This document shows, piece after piece, positions 50,270 through 64,000 of a stretch of 64,000 nt of DNA. The DNA is from the human T2T-CHM13v2.0 reference genome, Homo sapiens. Within the stretch, counting starts at the first letter, position 1. The number at the start of each line of letters is the position of its first letter. The stretch lies in NCBI RefSeq assembly GCF_009914755.1, contig NC_060938.1. The stretch is one strand, 5' to 3'. The notes below the pieces were generated by a model. It saw only the letters and a program-made list of their open reading frames with translations. It was not told where the DNA came from and did no database searches. A program made the position numbers and the translations under genes.

Positions 50270-50408
50270 TATAGTTCACATACCCTAAAATTAACTTTTT
50301 TAAAAGGGTTCAATCCAGTGGGTTTTTTTATTATTATATTGGCAAGATTGTGCAACCATCACCACTGTCTAATTCTGGAACATTCTCATCCACCCAAGAA
50401 GCAACCCC
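50270..50408 (-). mobile_element. L1MB 3' terminus (antisense)
   Basis: TTGTGCAACCATCACCACTGTCTAATTCTGGAACATTCTCATC. Confidence 0.75.
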
Positions 50409-51077
50409 GCGGCCCCAGGGTGCCCCAGTCTCAGAGCCCCGGTTGTTGGGCTCCAGTCCAGGCCCCCTAACCATGTGCTAAACAAGATGGTGAGGCTCAG
50501 CCTGGAAACCAGAACAGCCCCGAGGCCCCCAAACTGGAGAGCCCCAAGGGGAGATGGAGCCCCTCCCCCATTCTGAGTTTTGGCCCCGTGCTAAGGCTGG
50601 ACCGACCCCCTGTGCTGTCAAGCCTACCTCCCAGGGGGAGGCGAGGCCAGCCCCGATGTGTGCGGGCTGCCATCCCCCACACTTGGCTCCGGGGCTGGTC
50701 GGTGTTGGGCGTCCCAGCACTGCGGGCGGCACGGAAGCCCGGGGCTGCTCCCTACTGGGTGTAGCGCACCCCGCCCCCCACCCCGCCCGGCCTCCTCTGG
50801 GCCTGCGCCTTGGGCCTATTGAGGCCAGGCCTGGAATGGTGCCCTGGAAGCAGGAAAGAGCCTGTAATTCCGGAAGCTGCGGGCTCCCAAACCAGACACC
50901 ATTTTGGAGACCGGTGCAAAAATGTGTGCCGCTTTTGTGTGGAAAACTGCTAGACTGTGAGAGAGAGCCGACCTCCTCATGCATGAACCTTTATAGAGGG
51001 TGGTCCACATATTCTGTGCACTACATACACATACGCTGGGCACATACTGGCTCTCTGTGTTAAATCTCAGATTTGCT

Positions 51078-51760
<683 letters not shown>

Positions 51761-51896
51761 CAAAAGGGGGGTAGGAGGGAATAAGTAAATAAAATTAAAT
51801 AAATAAAGTGGTATCTCACTGTGGTTTTGATTTGCATCTACCTAAGGACTAATGATGTTGGGTATCTTTTCATGTGCCAGTTGGCTATTTGTGTAG

Positions 51897-52227
<331 letters not shown>

Positions 52228-53621
52228 TAAATAATGTCTTTCGATGCACGGAAGTTTTCAATTTTGATGAAGCCCAATTTATGTGTGTATGTGTGTGTGT
52301 ATATATATATATGTAGTGTGTGTGAGTTTTGGGTGTCATATTTGAGAAATCATTGCCTAATCAAGATCATGATGATTTATACCTTTGTTTCCTTCAAAGA
52401 GTTTTATAGTTTTAGATCGAGATCCATTTTGGTTCATTTTTGTCCCATATGGTATGAAGTAAGGATCCAAATTCATTCTTTTGCAGTTTGATATTCAAAT
52501 GTCCCAGCAGTTGAAAAGACACTTCTTTCTTTCATTGAATGGTCTTGGCACCTAGATGAAAACCAGTTGACCATAGATAGGCATATGGGTTTATTTCTGG
52601 TCTCAATGCTACTCCATTGATCTATATTTCTATCCATATGCCAGTAACACAGTGTCTTGATTACTGTAGCTGTGTAATGAATTTTGAAATTGCGAGGTGC
52701 GAGTCATCCCAACTTTGTTCTTTTTCAAGATGATTTTGGGTATTCTGGGTCCCTTGCATAATATGAATTTAGGATCTGCTTTTCCATTGCTAAAAAAATG
52801 GCATTTGGAATTTTGATAGGGATTGCATTCAATCTGTAATTTCTTTCAACAGTGTTTTATAGTTTTCTGTGTACACGCCATATATTAATTTTGTTAAATA
52901 TATTCCTAAGTACTTTTTCTCTTTTTTTTTTTTTTTTTTTGTAACTGAGCCTGAGCAGGACCAGAGGAGTGCTTTATTCTTTTTGATGCCATTGTAAATG
53001 TAACTTTTCTTTCATATTCAGGCTGTTCATTGCCTGAACCAGTGTATAGAAATACAACTGGTTTTTCTATATTGATCTTGTATCCTGCAACCTTGCTGAA
53101 TTCATTTGTGAGGTCCAGTAGATTTTTGGTGGATTCTTTAGGATTTTCTGTATATAAGATCATGTTTGGTTGCCTTTTCTTTGTCTTGCCTAATTGCCTG
53201 TCTAAAACTTCCACTACAATGTTGAACAGATGTATTGAGAACCAACATCTTTGTCTTATTCCTGACCATAGAGGGAAAACTTTGTCTTTGGCCACTAAGT
53301 ATGATGTTAGGTGTGGGTATTTTGTAGATGCTCCTTATCAGGTTGAGGAAACTACCTTCTGTTTCTAGTATGTTGAATGTTTTTTTAATCATGAGAGGAT
53401 GTTGCATTTTGTCCAGTGCTTTTTCTGTGTATCAATTGAGAAAATCATGTGAGGTTTTCCCCATCTATTAGTATGGTATATTGATTGATTTTCATATGTT
53501 GAACCAACCTTATATTTCTGAGATAAATCGCGCTTGGTCTTGGTATATAATTCTTTTTATATGCTCCTGGATTTTGCTTGCTAGCATTTTGTTAAGGATT
53601 TTTGTGTCTCTGTATTCATAA

Positions 53622-53950
<329 letters not shown>

Positions 53951-54353
53951 TGACCTATATTTTTCTTCCTATATCTTTGTCTGATTTTGGTAACAAGGTA
54001 ATACTGGCCTTATAAAATGATTCGGAAAAATGTAGTAAATATCTTGGAATCATTTTTGTAGGAGCAGTTCCCAGAAGGAAGGCATGTACATTTGTAAGTT
54101 ACTTGATAAATATTTTCCAGTCATTTTCCAAAAAACCAAATTGTGTTTATTTGTGATTAACATTGCCTTTGCAGAATAGTAGTCTCTTAGAAATTATAAT
54201 TCTTAATGCCTTGAGGTACTTAAAAGTTTCTCTGAAAGACAAAGGCAAGCCCAACCTTCTGCAACACACCTGATTTTAACATCTAGAGCAGCTCCAAAGG
54301 TGCTAGATGCAGCATGTTACCAGCAAATTGTTTTCGAGTGCTTCCTACATAGA

Positions 54354-54886
54354 ACAGGTTTTCTCAGCTTTAGCACTGTTTTGGGCCAGGTAACTCTTTT
54401 GTTGTTGTTTTTGAGATGGAGTCTTGCTATGTTGCCCACACTGGTCTCAAACTCTGGACTCAAGCCATCCTCCCACCTCAGCCTCCCAAGCAGTTGGAAC
54501 TGCAAGTGTGAGCCATCACACCCAGCTGAATAATTTTTTTTTCTTTCTTTCTTTCTTTTTTTTAATGTTGTTTGTTTGAGACGGGATCTTGCTATGTTGC
54601 GCAGGCTGGTCTTGAACTCCTAGGCTCAAGCAATCCTCCTGCCTCGGCTTCCCGAGCAGCTGGGATTATAGGCATCAGCCACTGCACCCAGCCCTGGATA
54701 ATTCTTGCTGAAGAATGTGTGGAAGCTGCCCTGCGCATTGTAGGGTGGTTAGCAGCATCCCTGGCTTTTACCCACTAGGCGCTAGTAGCAGCCTACTCCT
54801 CCTTCTCCCGAGCTGTGACAAACAAAAATGTCTCCAGACATTGCCAGATGTCCCCTGGTGGGCAAAATAATCCTTAAGAAGCACTG
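54354..54886 (-). mobile_element. MER20 DNA transposon interrupted by two Alu monomers
   Basis: AAAAATGTCTCCAGACATTGCCAGATGTCCCCTGG is the reverse complement of the MER20 core. Confidence 0.85.
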
Positions 54887-54947
54887 ATCTACAAACTGTG
54901 ATGCATACTGGGTTTTATATTATTACTAGATAAAATTGTCTCTAATG

Positions 54948-55252
<305 letters not shown>

Positions 55253-55805
55253 TTACCACTTTGGTGCCATTTGTCCCAGTCCATGTCACCATATCCTGTT
55301 TACTTTCAAATCTGTCTCTTTAGGCTCAATTTCTCTCTGTATTCTCAGACCCGTATTTCCCATTGCCTGCATCTTGAGATTGATTTGTTCAAAATCAGAC
55401 TTACTCTCCTCTCCCCAAAGTGTTCTTCCTTTATTCTTAGTCTCCCTGCTCATGACTCTACCAGTTATTCACTTAACCTTTCTCAACTCCTCTCTCCACC
55501 TCTCCCATGAAATTTGCTGCCTAAATCTAAATCCAGGCTCCGCTATCCCAAGTACCATGTCCATAATGTGTAAGCGAGTTCATCTCACCTGGCTTGCCAC
55601 TGCAGTTCTTACTTGTCACCCCATGCCGCTGCCTTTCAGGTGCCCTTTCTTAGCAGCTCTAATCATGTCACTCCTCGCACACCCAGAGTCCTCATGATCA
55701 TGCCCTGTCTGCCTCTGCAGGCTCATCCCCCCCATTTCTTGAACTTCAGGCTCTGGCCATACCAAACAGCCTGCAGGCCCCCCGCTCCCACTGCCTTACG
55801 TGGCA

Positions 55806-56243
<438 letters not shown>

Positions 56244-56911
56244 TGCCTGACATTTTCATTCTTCAGACTGCACTTATCTCCCTCCCCCACCTCCAGCCCA
56301 GGCATGTGGAGCAGTCACTCCCTTCTCTCCCACCACACCTGGAGAGACCTGGGTCTTCATCCTTATCCTGTGCTGCAGGGGTTGGTCTGTGCATCTGTCT
56401 CCCATATTAAACAATCGGTGCCTCCAAGCCAGGTAGCACAGCTTATTATCTCTGCCCACTCCCCAGTGCCTCACATGGAGTGGGCGCTTTGTAAATGTGT
56501 GTGGAGTAGTAAGTGGAAATAACCCAGAGCAGAAAGAAGCTACCTGGGACTTAAATGTAAAGTAGCCACAGGTTTTGTTTTGCTTTGCTTCAGTTCAGCA
56601 AAAATTTACTAAGCACCAACTAGGTCATGGATGCTAGGAATAGAAAAAAGAACAAAGTAGGATGTTTGCCTTACAGAATTCACCTCACGTCCAGTATGAG
56701 ATGGGAGTATGAACAAACAGTCATGCAGAGTGATGAGTGCAAACATGGACTATAAAGCGGCCATAGAGAATGAACTGTGTTTGTGTTTAGAGAAGACACA
56801 CTCCCCACCCCTGAACAGGCTTCTTAAAAGTACTAGAAAGGTACTGTCTTCGTCCTAGCCTTTAAACTCTTACTGTATTTGGAAGGCTTCTATTAGTATG
56901 TGACTTTTTAA

Positions 56912-57211
<300 letters not shown>

Positions 57212-57616
57212 TTTAAAATGATTTTTGCTTGACCTTGCTAACTATATTACTTGAGGTTGGCAGGCTCCCTTACCAGATTGCAGTGCCTGTATGAGTTAGA
57301 GGTGAACACATGCTCTCCCTGGCCCAAATTGGCATTCGCCAGTGATTTTATCATCGGCTGCGTCCTGCTGATTGTGCAGCCCCCTATTGAGAATAATGGT
57401 GTGAGTGGGACACAGTCCTGCCTCCTGTGGGTGATCTGAAGTCTTTGACTCACCAGTTCGTGTGTTCTTTGCTGTATTCATGCATTGTTACATAATTCAA
57501 CAAATTAGAATCATTTCATATACAGAATATGCACTCTAAAGAAATTTTGACCTTTTTATAGAGTTGGTAATAATAATAATCTTTATGTCAGTAGAGTTTA
57601 TTTTTCCTATCAGTCT

Positions 57617-58337
<721 letters not shown>

Positions 58338-58349
58338 TCACTTTTGAAC

Positions 58350-59050
58350 CTGTTGGGTCTGTGGAGATAGACACGAAGCAGCATAGGAACTTGGTGCTCA
58401 GTAGCGATATTAGGGTTGGAGCTGCATCTGCATTGGTAGATGAGGTGGTGTTAAGTCTGAAAAGAAAAGGATCTAGGACAGAACAATGGAAAGCACATAC
58501 AGGGTGTGTGACCCAGGAGAAATGAGCAAAGGATTCATTTAGCAAGAAGAAAACCAAGAGAAAGATATTACAGAAGCCAAAGGAAGAATGTAGCCTCCTG
58601 GTGCCACATGTTGCAGGAATAAGGGCTAAAAAGAGACCACTCACTTTGGCAAGTAGGTAATCAATAGCAAGAGCATTTTAGTAGAAAGGCGAGGAGAGAG
58701 GAAGCTCAACTGCAGTGGGTTGAGGAATATCGGGAGATGAAGACATTGAATTCGTAGATGTAGACCATTCTTTCAGAATATGCCCATTTTTTTGGATTAG
58801 AAATGGAACACTTACAAATGAAAAACCTGGGCATGTTTTTAAAAGCTGAGATAAGGAGGAGACATTAACATATGGGGGAACAGATGTCTGCAGTTCCTGG
58901 GAAGGAATGAAATCAACAGCCAGGTGGGATGGGTCTCCCTTGAAAAGGAGCAGTGATACCTGTTGTCCAAGACAAGGAAGAAGACAATTAGTAAAGGCAG
59001 GTATTTGTGGAGCAGAAGGGAGTGAAGTTAGGGGTTTCATGCCTGGCAAT
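58350..59050. mobile_element. L2 fragments
   Basis: Purine-rich L2-like sequence (CAGAAGCCAAAGGAAGAA, GTAGACCATTCTTTCAAGAA). Confidence 0.5.
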
Positions 59051-59370
59051 TTTTCTTTTCTTTTTTTTTTTTTTTTTTTTTTGAGATGGTGTCTTGCTCT
59101 GTCGCCCAGGCTAGAGTGCAGTTTACAGTGAGCACAATCTCAGCTCACTGTAAACTCCACCTCCCGGGTTCAAGCGATTCTCCTGACTCAGCCTCCTGAG
59201 TAGCTGGGATTACAGGTGCACGTTACAACTCCCAGCTAATTTTTGTATTTTTAGTAGAGATGGGGTTTCACCATGTTGGTCAGGCTGGTCTCGAACTCCT
59301 GACCTCGTGATCCGCCTGCCTCGGCCTCCCAAAGTGCTGGGATTACAGGCATGAGCCACCGCGCCTGGCC
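59050..59370 (-). mobile_element. AluS
   Basis: Antisense dimer with TSD CCTGGCAA. Confidence 0.92.
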
Positions 59371-59630
59371 GACCTGGCAACGTTTCTGTGGGGTAGGAAA
59401 CTATGTGGTCGACTAAGGGTAACAGGAAGGAAGTGGGAAGGATGTTGGGGGAGTGCTGGAGGCAGCCCTTCCCAGGTAAGGCTTGCTGTGGCAAATCTGA
59501 TGATAACCCAGGGTGGGCCAGCCTTTTGCTGGTGCTGAGCATGAAGCAGCTGCCAAGAAGCAAACAGAAAAGCCCATGCCCACACACAGAGATGTATGGA
59601 TTTTTTTGTTTTTCTCTTTTAGGAACAGAA

Positions 59631-59722
59631 ATGAATAAAAGTCGCTGGCAGAGTAGAAGACGACATGGGAGAAGAAGCCACCAGCAGAACCCTTGGTTCA
59701 GACTCCGTGATTCTGAAGACAG
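59631..59722 (+). CDS. DCAF4: DCAF4 (WDR21A) exon 2 coding part, [30 protein letters not shown](R); exon starts at 59623
   Basis: Polypyrimidine tract and TTTTAG| at 59622. Translation matches the known DCAF4 N-terminus. Donor is AG|GCAAGT (GC type). Confidence 0.95.
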
Positions 59723-59789
59723 GCAAGTGTGCCGCTCTAGGGAGCCACTTTTGCCCAGTGTGCTTCTGGCATTGTACACATGGCATGTC

Positions 59790-59900
59790 ACACGATCACA
59801 GGTGTGGAGATCACCTGGGGGCTCGTCCCAATGCAGGTTCTGATTCTGTAGGTCTGAGGGGTCTTGAGGAGAGCCTGCCTTCCTAACGTGCTCCCAGGGC
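59790..59900. mobile_element. MER5A-like fragment
   Basis: ATCACCTGGGG...AATGCAGGTTCTGATTCTGTAGGTCTG...TAAC..GCTCCCAGG. Confidence 0.55.
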
Positions 59901-60131
59901 ATGTCGCTTTGGTGGGTCAGCCCACCTCACTGAGTAGTGAGGAGAGAGGACCACTCTCTGTTCTTTCCTAAGTGACCACGACCTCTGGCCAGAGCATTCG
60001 CCATAAAGCTAGAGGTAGACGTTATCTGAAACAACTGGAAAACCGTTTCTCCATTTTGTAGACTTTTTATGCAAATACCTTTGTGGAAACCAAATTTTAT
60101 TAATTCAGCCTAAGTCTCGGACAAGGATATA

Positions 60132-60715
60132 CACTCATGCTTCGCTTAACAAGGAGGAATGCATTCTGAGGAATATGTTGTTAGGCAGTCGTGTCATGCA
60201 AACATCATAGCACATACGTAACACAAACCTACATGGTACAGCCAGCCACACACACCTAAGCTATATGGTGTAGCCAATTGCTCCGAGGCTGCAAACCTGT
60301 ACAGCATGTGACTACTGAATGCTAGAGGCAGTCAGTACACAGTGGTATTTGTGTATCTCAACATAGAAAAGATACAGTAAAAATAGGGTATATAAGATTT
60401 TTTTTTAAATGGTATACCTATGTATGACACTCCTGTGAACAGAGCTTGCGGGACTGGAAGTCAGTGAGTGAGTGATGAGTGAACACAAAGGCTTAGGACA
60501 TTACTGTATGCTAGTGTAGACTTTAAAACCCTGTACACCAGGCTACATTACATTTATTTATTTATTTAAGAGATGAGGTCTCACTCTGTTGCTCAGGCTG
60601 GTCTCAAACTCCTGAGCTCAAGTGATCCTTCTGCCTCAGCCTCCCAAAGTGCTGGGATTACAGACTTGAACCACCACCCAGGCCAAGGCTACATTAAATG
60701 TATTTTTAAAATAAA
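60132..60715 (+). mobile_element. Tigger3/Tigger3b (TcMar) fragment interrupted by a FLAM (about 60555-60685)
   Basis: CACTCATGCTTCGCTTAAC...ACACAAACCT...CTATATGGTGTAGCC matches the recalled Tigger3 consensus. FLAM TSD is AGGCTACATTA. Confidence 0.8.
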
Positions 60716-60723
60716 GTTGGCTG

Positions 60724-60882
60724 GGCCGGGTGTGGTGGCTGACGCCTGTAATCCCAGCACTTTGGGAGACCAAGGCAGCCGGATCACTTGAGGTCAGGAG
60801 TTTGAGACCAGTCTGGCCAACACGGCGAAACTCCGTCTCTACTAAAAATATAAAAATTATCTGGGTGTGGTGGCACACACCT
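60724..60882 (+). mobile_element. 3'-truncated Alu
   Basis: Left arm plus the start of the right arm. Confidence 0.88.
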
Positions 60883-61453
60883 TTACTACATCCTTCAGCC
60901 TATAATTCCCTCAGAAGCTACTTGTGGATTTACAAATCAAGTGTTTTAGCCGCAGCTCTATCCCAGTGTTACTGAACTAATCACCTCTGTCCCCCAAACC
61001 CCAGTTTCTCTGTCTGTAAGATTGTGTAGTCAAGTAAAATTTAAACTCTTTGTGCTACTGAATCCAATAAAGAATGAAATTCACCTAGCCTTGTAACTGC
61101 TGTTGTGCTGACAAATGAGCCCAGCTGGTAAAATTCTTATTGGCAGAGATTTCTATTTTTCCTTTTAATCTGGAAAATTCCACAAGACCTCACAAAATGC
61201 GCGAGTGAGAAGATAAGAAGAGGGAATCACTGTGACATCTGTCCTCTTTTAAAGAAAGAAAAAAGAATGAAAAACCAAAACCTTGCCCTATTTTGTTGTA
61301 TTTGCAAGAGGGGATCAGTGCTTCTCAAGTAATCAGAAAGGTCAGAGATCAGAGGTGAAGGCTGCAGAACTGCCCGAATGGACTCCCTGCCCCCGTCAGA
61401 ATGGCTGGAACTCAAGTCCTGGGCTGCAAGTTAACACAGCTGTGTGTCAACAG

Positions 61454-61554
61454 GTCTGACTCCCGGGCAGCACAGCCCGCTCACGATTCCGGCCACGGTG
61501 ATGACGAGTCTCCGTCAACCTCGTCTGGCACAGCTGGGACCTCCTCTGTGCCAG
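61454..61554 (+). CDS. DCAF4: DCAF4 exon 3 (SDSRAAQPAHDSGHGDDESPSTSSGTAGTSSVP)
   Basis: Acceptor CAACAG|G, donor CCAG|GTAAGG. Frame is continuous with exon 2 (AG+G = Arg). Confidence 0.95.
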
Positions 61555-61871
61555 GTAAGGCCACTTGCGGGGTGGGAATCCTGGCCCTTGCACACAGGGA
61601 AGGCTGAGACCCGTTCCTGGCTTGGAAGGAATTCCAGGAGCAAATTGAAACACTCAGGGAAGGAGCTGGGTGCGTCAGGAATGGTGGTCATGAGGCAAAC
61701 CGCCTCCCCCAGGACTGAGCACAGTCCAGGATGTTGCCTGACAAGGCAGCTCATCCCCGCCCTCAGAAAAGACAGGCAGCCACGAGGTGGGGGGACAGGC
61801 CACTGGGCGCCCAACTCAGGTGGTCAGTTCACAGTGGTTGAAATTGGTGCATTTAATTTTTTTGTCTAAAG

Positions 61872-62029
61872 AGCTACCTGGGTTTTACTTTGACCCTGAA
61901 AAGAAACGCTACTTCCGCTTGCTCCCTGGACATAACAACTGCAACCCCCTGACGAAAGAGAGCATCCGGCAGAAGGAGATGGAGAGCAAGAGACTGCGGC
62001 TGCTCCAGGAAGAAGACAGACGGAAAAAG
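61872..62029 (+). CDS. DCAF4: DCAF4 exon 4 (ELPGFYFDPEKKRYFRLL...MESKRLRLLQEEDRRKK)
   Basis: Acceptor TCTAAAG|AG, donor AAG|GTGGGC. Contains the LPGFYFDPEKKRYF motif, and the phases are consistent. Confidence 0.96.
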
Positions 62030-62171
62030 GTGGGCTCCTCACCCCTTCGCCCCCTGTCCTCTCCGCTCCTGCCAGCACCTGTCCATCCACTGTTGAAAAG
62101 GGTGCCAATTAGATGCCCCTGCGACACTTAGCAGAGGCACTTCAGGGGGTGTGGCCCTAGCTTTTCCCTGA

Positions 62172-62921
<750 letters not shown>

Positions 62922-63399
62922 CTGTCTATTTTAAATAGAAGACCAGGATGCATGGTTTGGAATACAGGCCATCTTGTCTGTTTGCAATACAGACCAACAG
63001 GTCTAGACGCTAACATATTTTGTTGTCAAGGTAGGCAATGGAATGTAAAGTTCCAGCCCTGGGTCACCACGGGTGGAATGGAGAGTGGTGCAGACCTGTT
63101 TGCAGTCCCATTGCTGCACTCACGCACCTGGTGGCTTCGTCCCCCCGGGTGTATGTGGATGGGGAGCGTGGGCAGAGTTGACGAGCAGACTTTCCCACTC
63201 ACACTTTCTTCTGCTGGGCCTTTCCTCTTGCCGAGGAAGGGAGACTTGGAAAGGACACCGTCAGATTTTTATGCATATAATTTCTGCCAATTTAGTGCCT
63301 ATTTCCTTCATTACATTCCTATGGAACTAAAAACATTCTCCATCATCCCCTAACAAATAAATCTTCATTGAATTGTTCTCTTTTTTGTAATAAATATAG

Positions 63400-63479
63400 A
63401 TTGCCAGGATGGGATTTAATGCATCTTCCATGCTACGAAAAAGCCAGCTGGGTTTTCTCAACGTCACCAATTACTGCCA
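63400..63479 (+). CDS. DCAF4: DCAF4 exon 5 (IARMGFNASSMLRKSQLGFLNVTNYC(H)), includes the DDB1-binding H-box; gene continues beyond the window
   Basis: Acceptor ATATAG|ATT, donor CCA|GTAAGA. NASSMLRKSQLGF (63418-63456, residues 124-136) is the known WDR21A H-box peptide. Confidence 0.95.
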
Positions 63480-63889
63480 GTAAGACAATGCCTCTTTGTT
63501 ATGTTTTCTTCATGAATGTTCTTTTCCTGTTTCTTATTTTCATGGTATAAGAATCCAGTCTGGATAGACCATGTGGCTACCCCGTGAAGCACCTGCACAG
63601 TTGAGGGGCTCCAGTTCACACCCTGCCTTCTGCTGCTTAAACCCACCCTGAGAAAGCTGTTCTCTCTAGAGCGAAGGCGGGGGACTCTTGCAGGAGGATA
63701 GGGAGAGAGGATGGGGACGTAGGCAGAGATGTCTATTCTCTGTTACTCGTAAGTCATTCTAGTAGAAGCTCCTACAACTTCATTCCCATGACATTTCTGC
63801 ATCCTTCTTTCCCTTCTAATGAGTTGTCACCAACAATGGGGCATTAAGTGGATGTGTGTGTACTAAACCTTATCAAAGTACTTATGATG

Positions 63890-64000
63890 GCTGATACAAT
63901 TCTAACTAAAACCCTGTGAAATAGGCCGATACTTTCCCCCATTTCCTGAAGAAGAGACTGAGGCTCAGAGTGGAGTGATTTGCTCAAGGTAAAGCTAGAA
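63890..64000. mobile_element. MIR (runs to the window end)
   Basis: ACCCTGTGAAATAGG...GACTGAGGCTCAGAG...TGATTTGCTCAAGGT. Confidence 0.7.

Noticed and set aside
52906-53407. Reverse-transcriptase-like peptides
   Set aside because: Degenerate fragments of an old L1 ORF2 with deletions and frameshifts.
59210-59902. 230-aa minus-strand ORF
   Set aside because: It is antisense to DCAF4 exon 2 and runs through MER5A and an Alu, so it is a chance open frame.

Overview
Human (or closely related ape) genomic DNA, recognised as the DPF3/DCAF4 locus (chr14q24.2 from recall, not searched). The minus strand carries the 5' end of DPF3, a BAF-complex subunit: canonical first coding exon MATVIHNPLKA at 15743-15774, plus two further first exons ending in the same phase (13833-14029 and 1473-1534). 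About 32 kb away and divergent, the plus strand carries the 5' part of DCAF4/WDR21A: non-coding exon 1 ending at 48206 and coding exons 2-5 (59631-63479), with one GC-AG intron and the DDB1-binding H-box. Both genes have CpG-island promoters. The rest is repeat-dense: about 45 Alus plus L1M, L2, MIR, MER20, MER33, Tigger3, MLT1B and MER41A, a full-length RPL36 processed pseudogene inside an Alu, and a U13/SNORD13 retrocopy. I found no evidence of a new multi-gene system, and most ORFs in the track are Alu- or GC-derived noise. The most interesting signals are structural or regulatory: a DPF3 first exon apparently built from a DNA-transposon MITE, a (GGAA)16 microsatellite in the DPF3 promoter island, a polyadenylated MER41A LTR lacking U5, a likely Alu-associated micro-inversion, two templated insertions copied from 1.7-2 kb away, and an unexplained CpG-rich promoter-like block in DCAF4 intron 1. 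Repeat family names come from recalled consensus sequences, and repeat boundaries are approximate.
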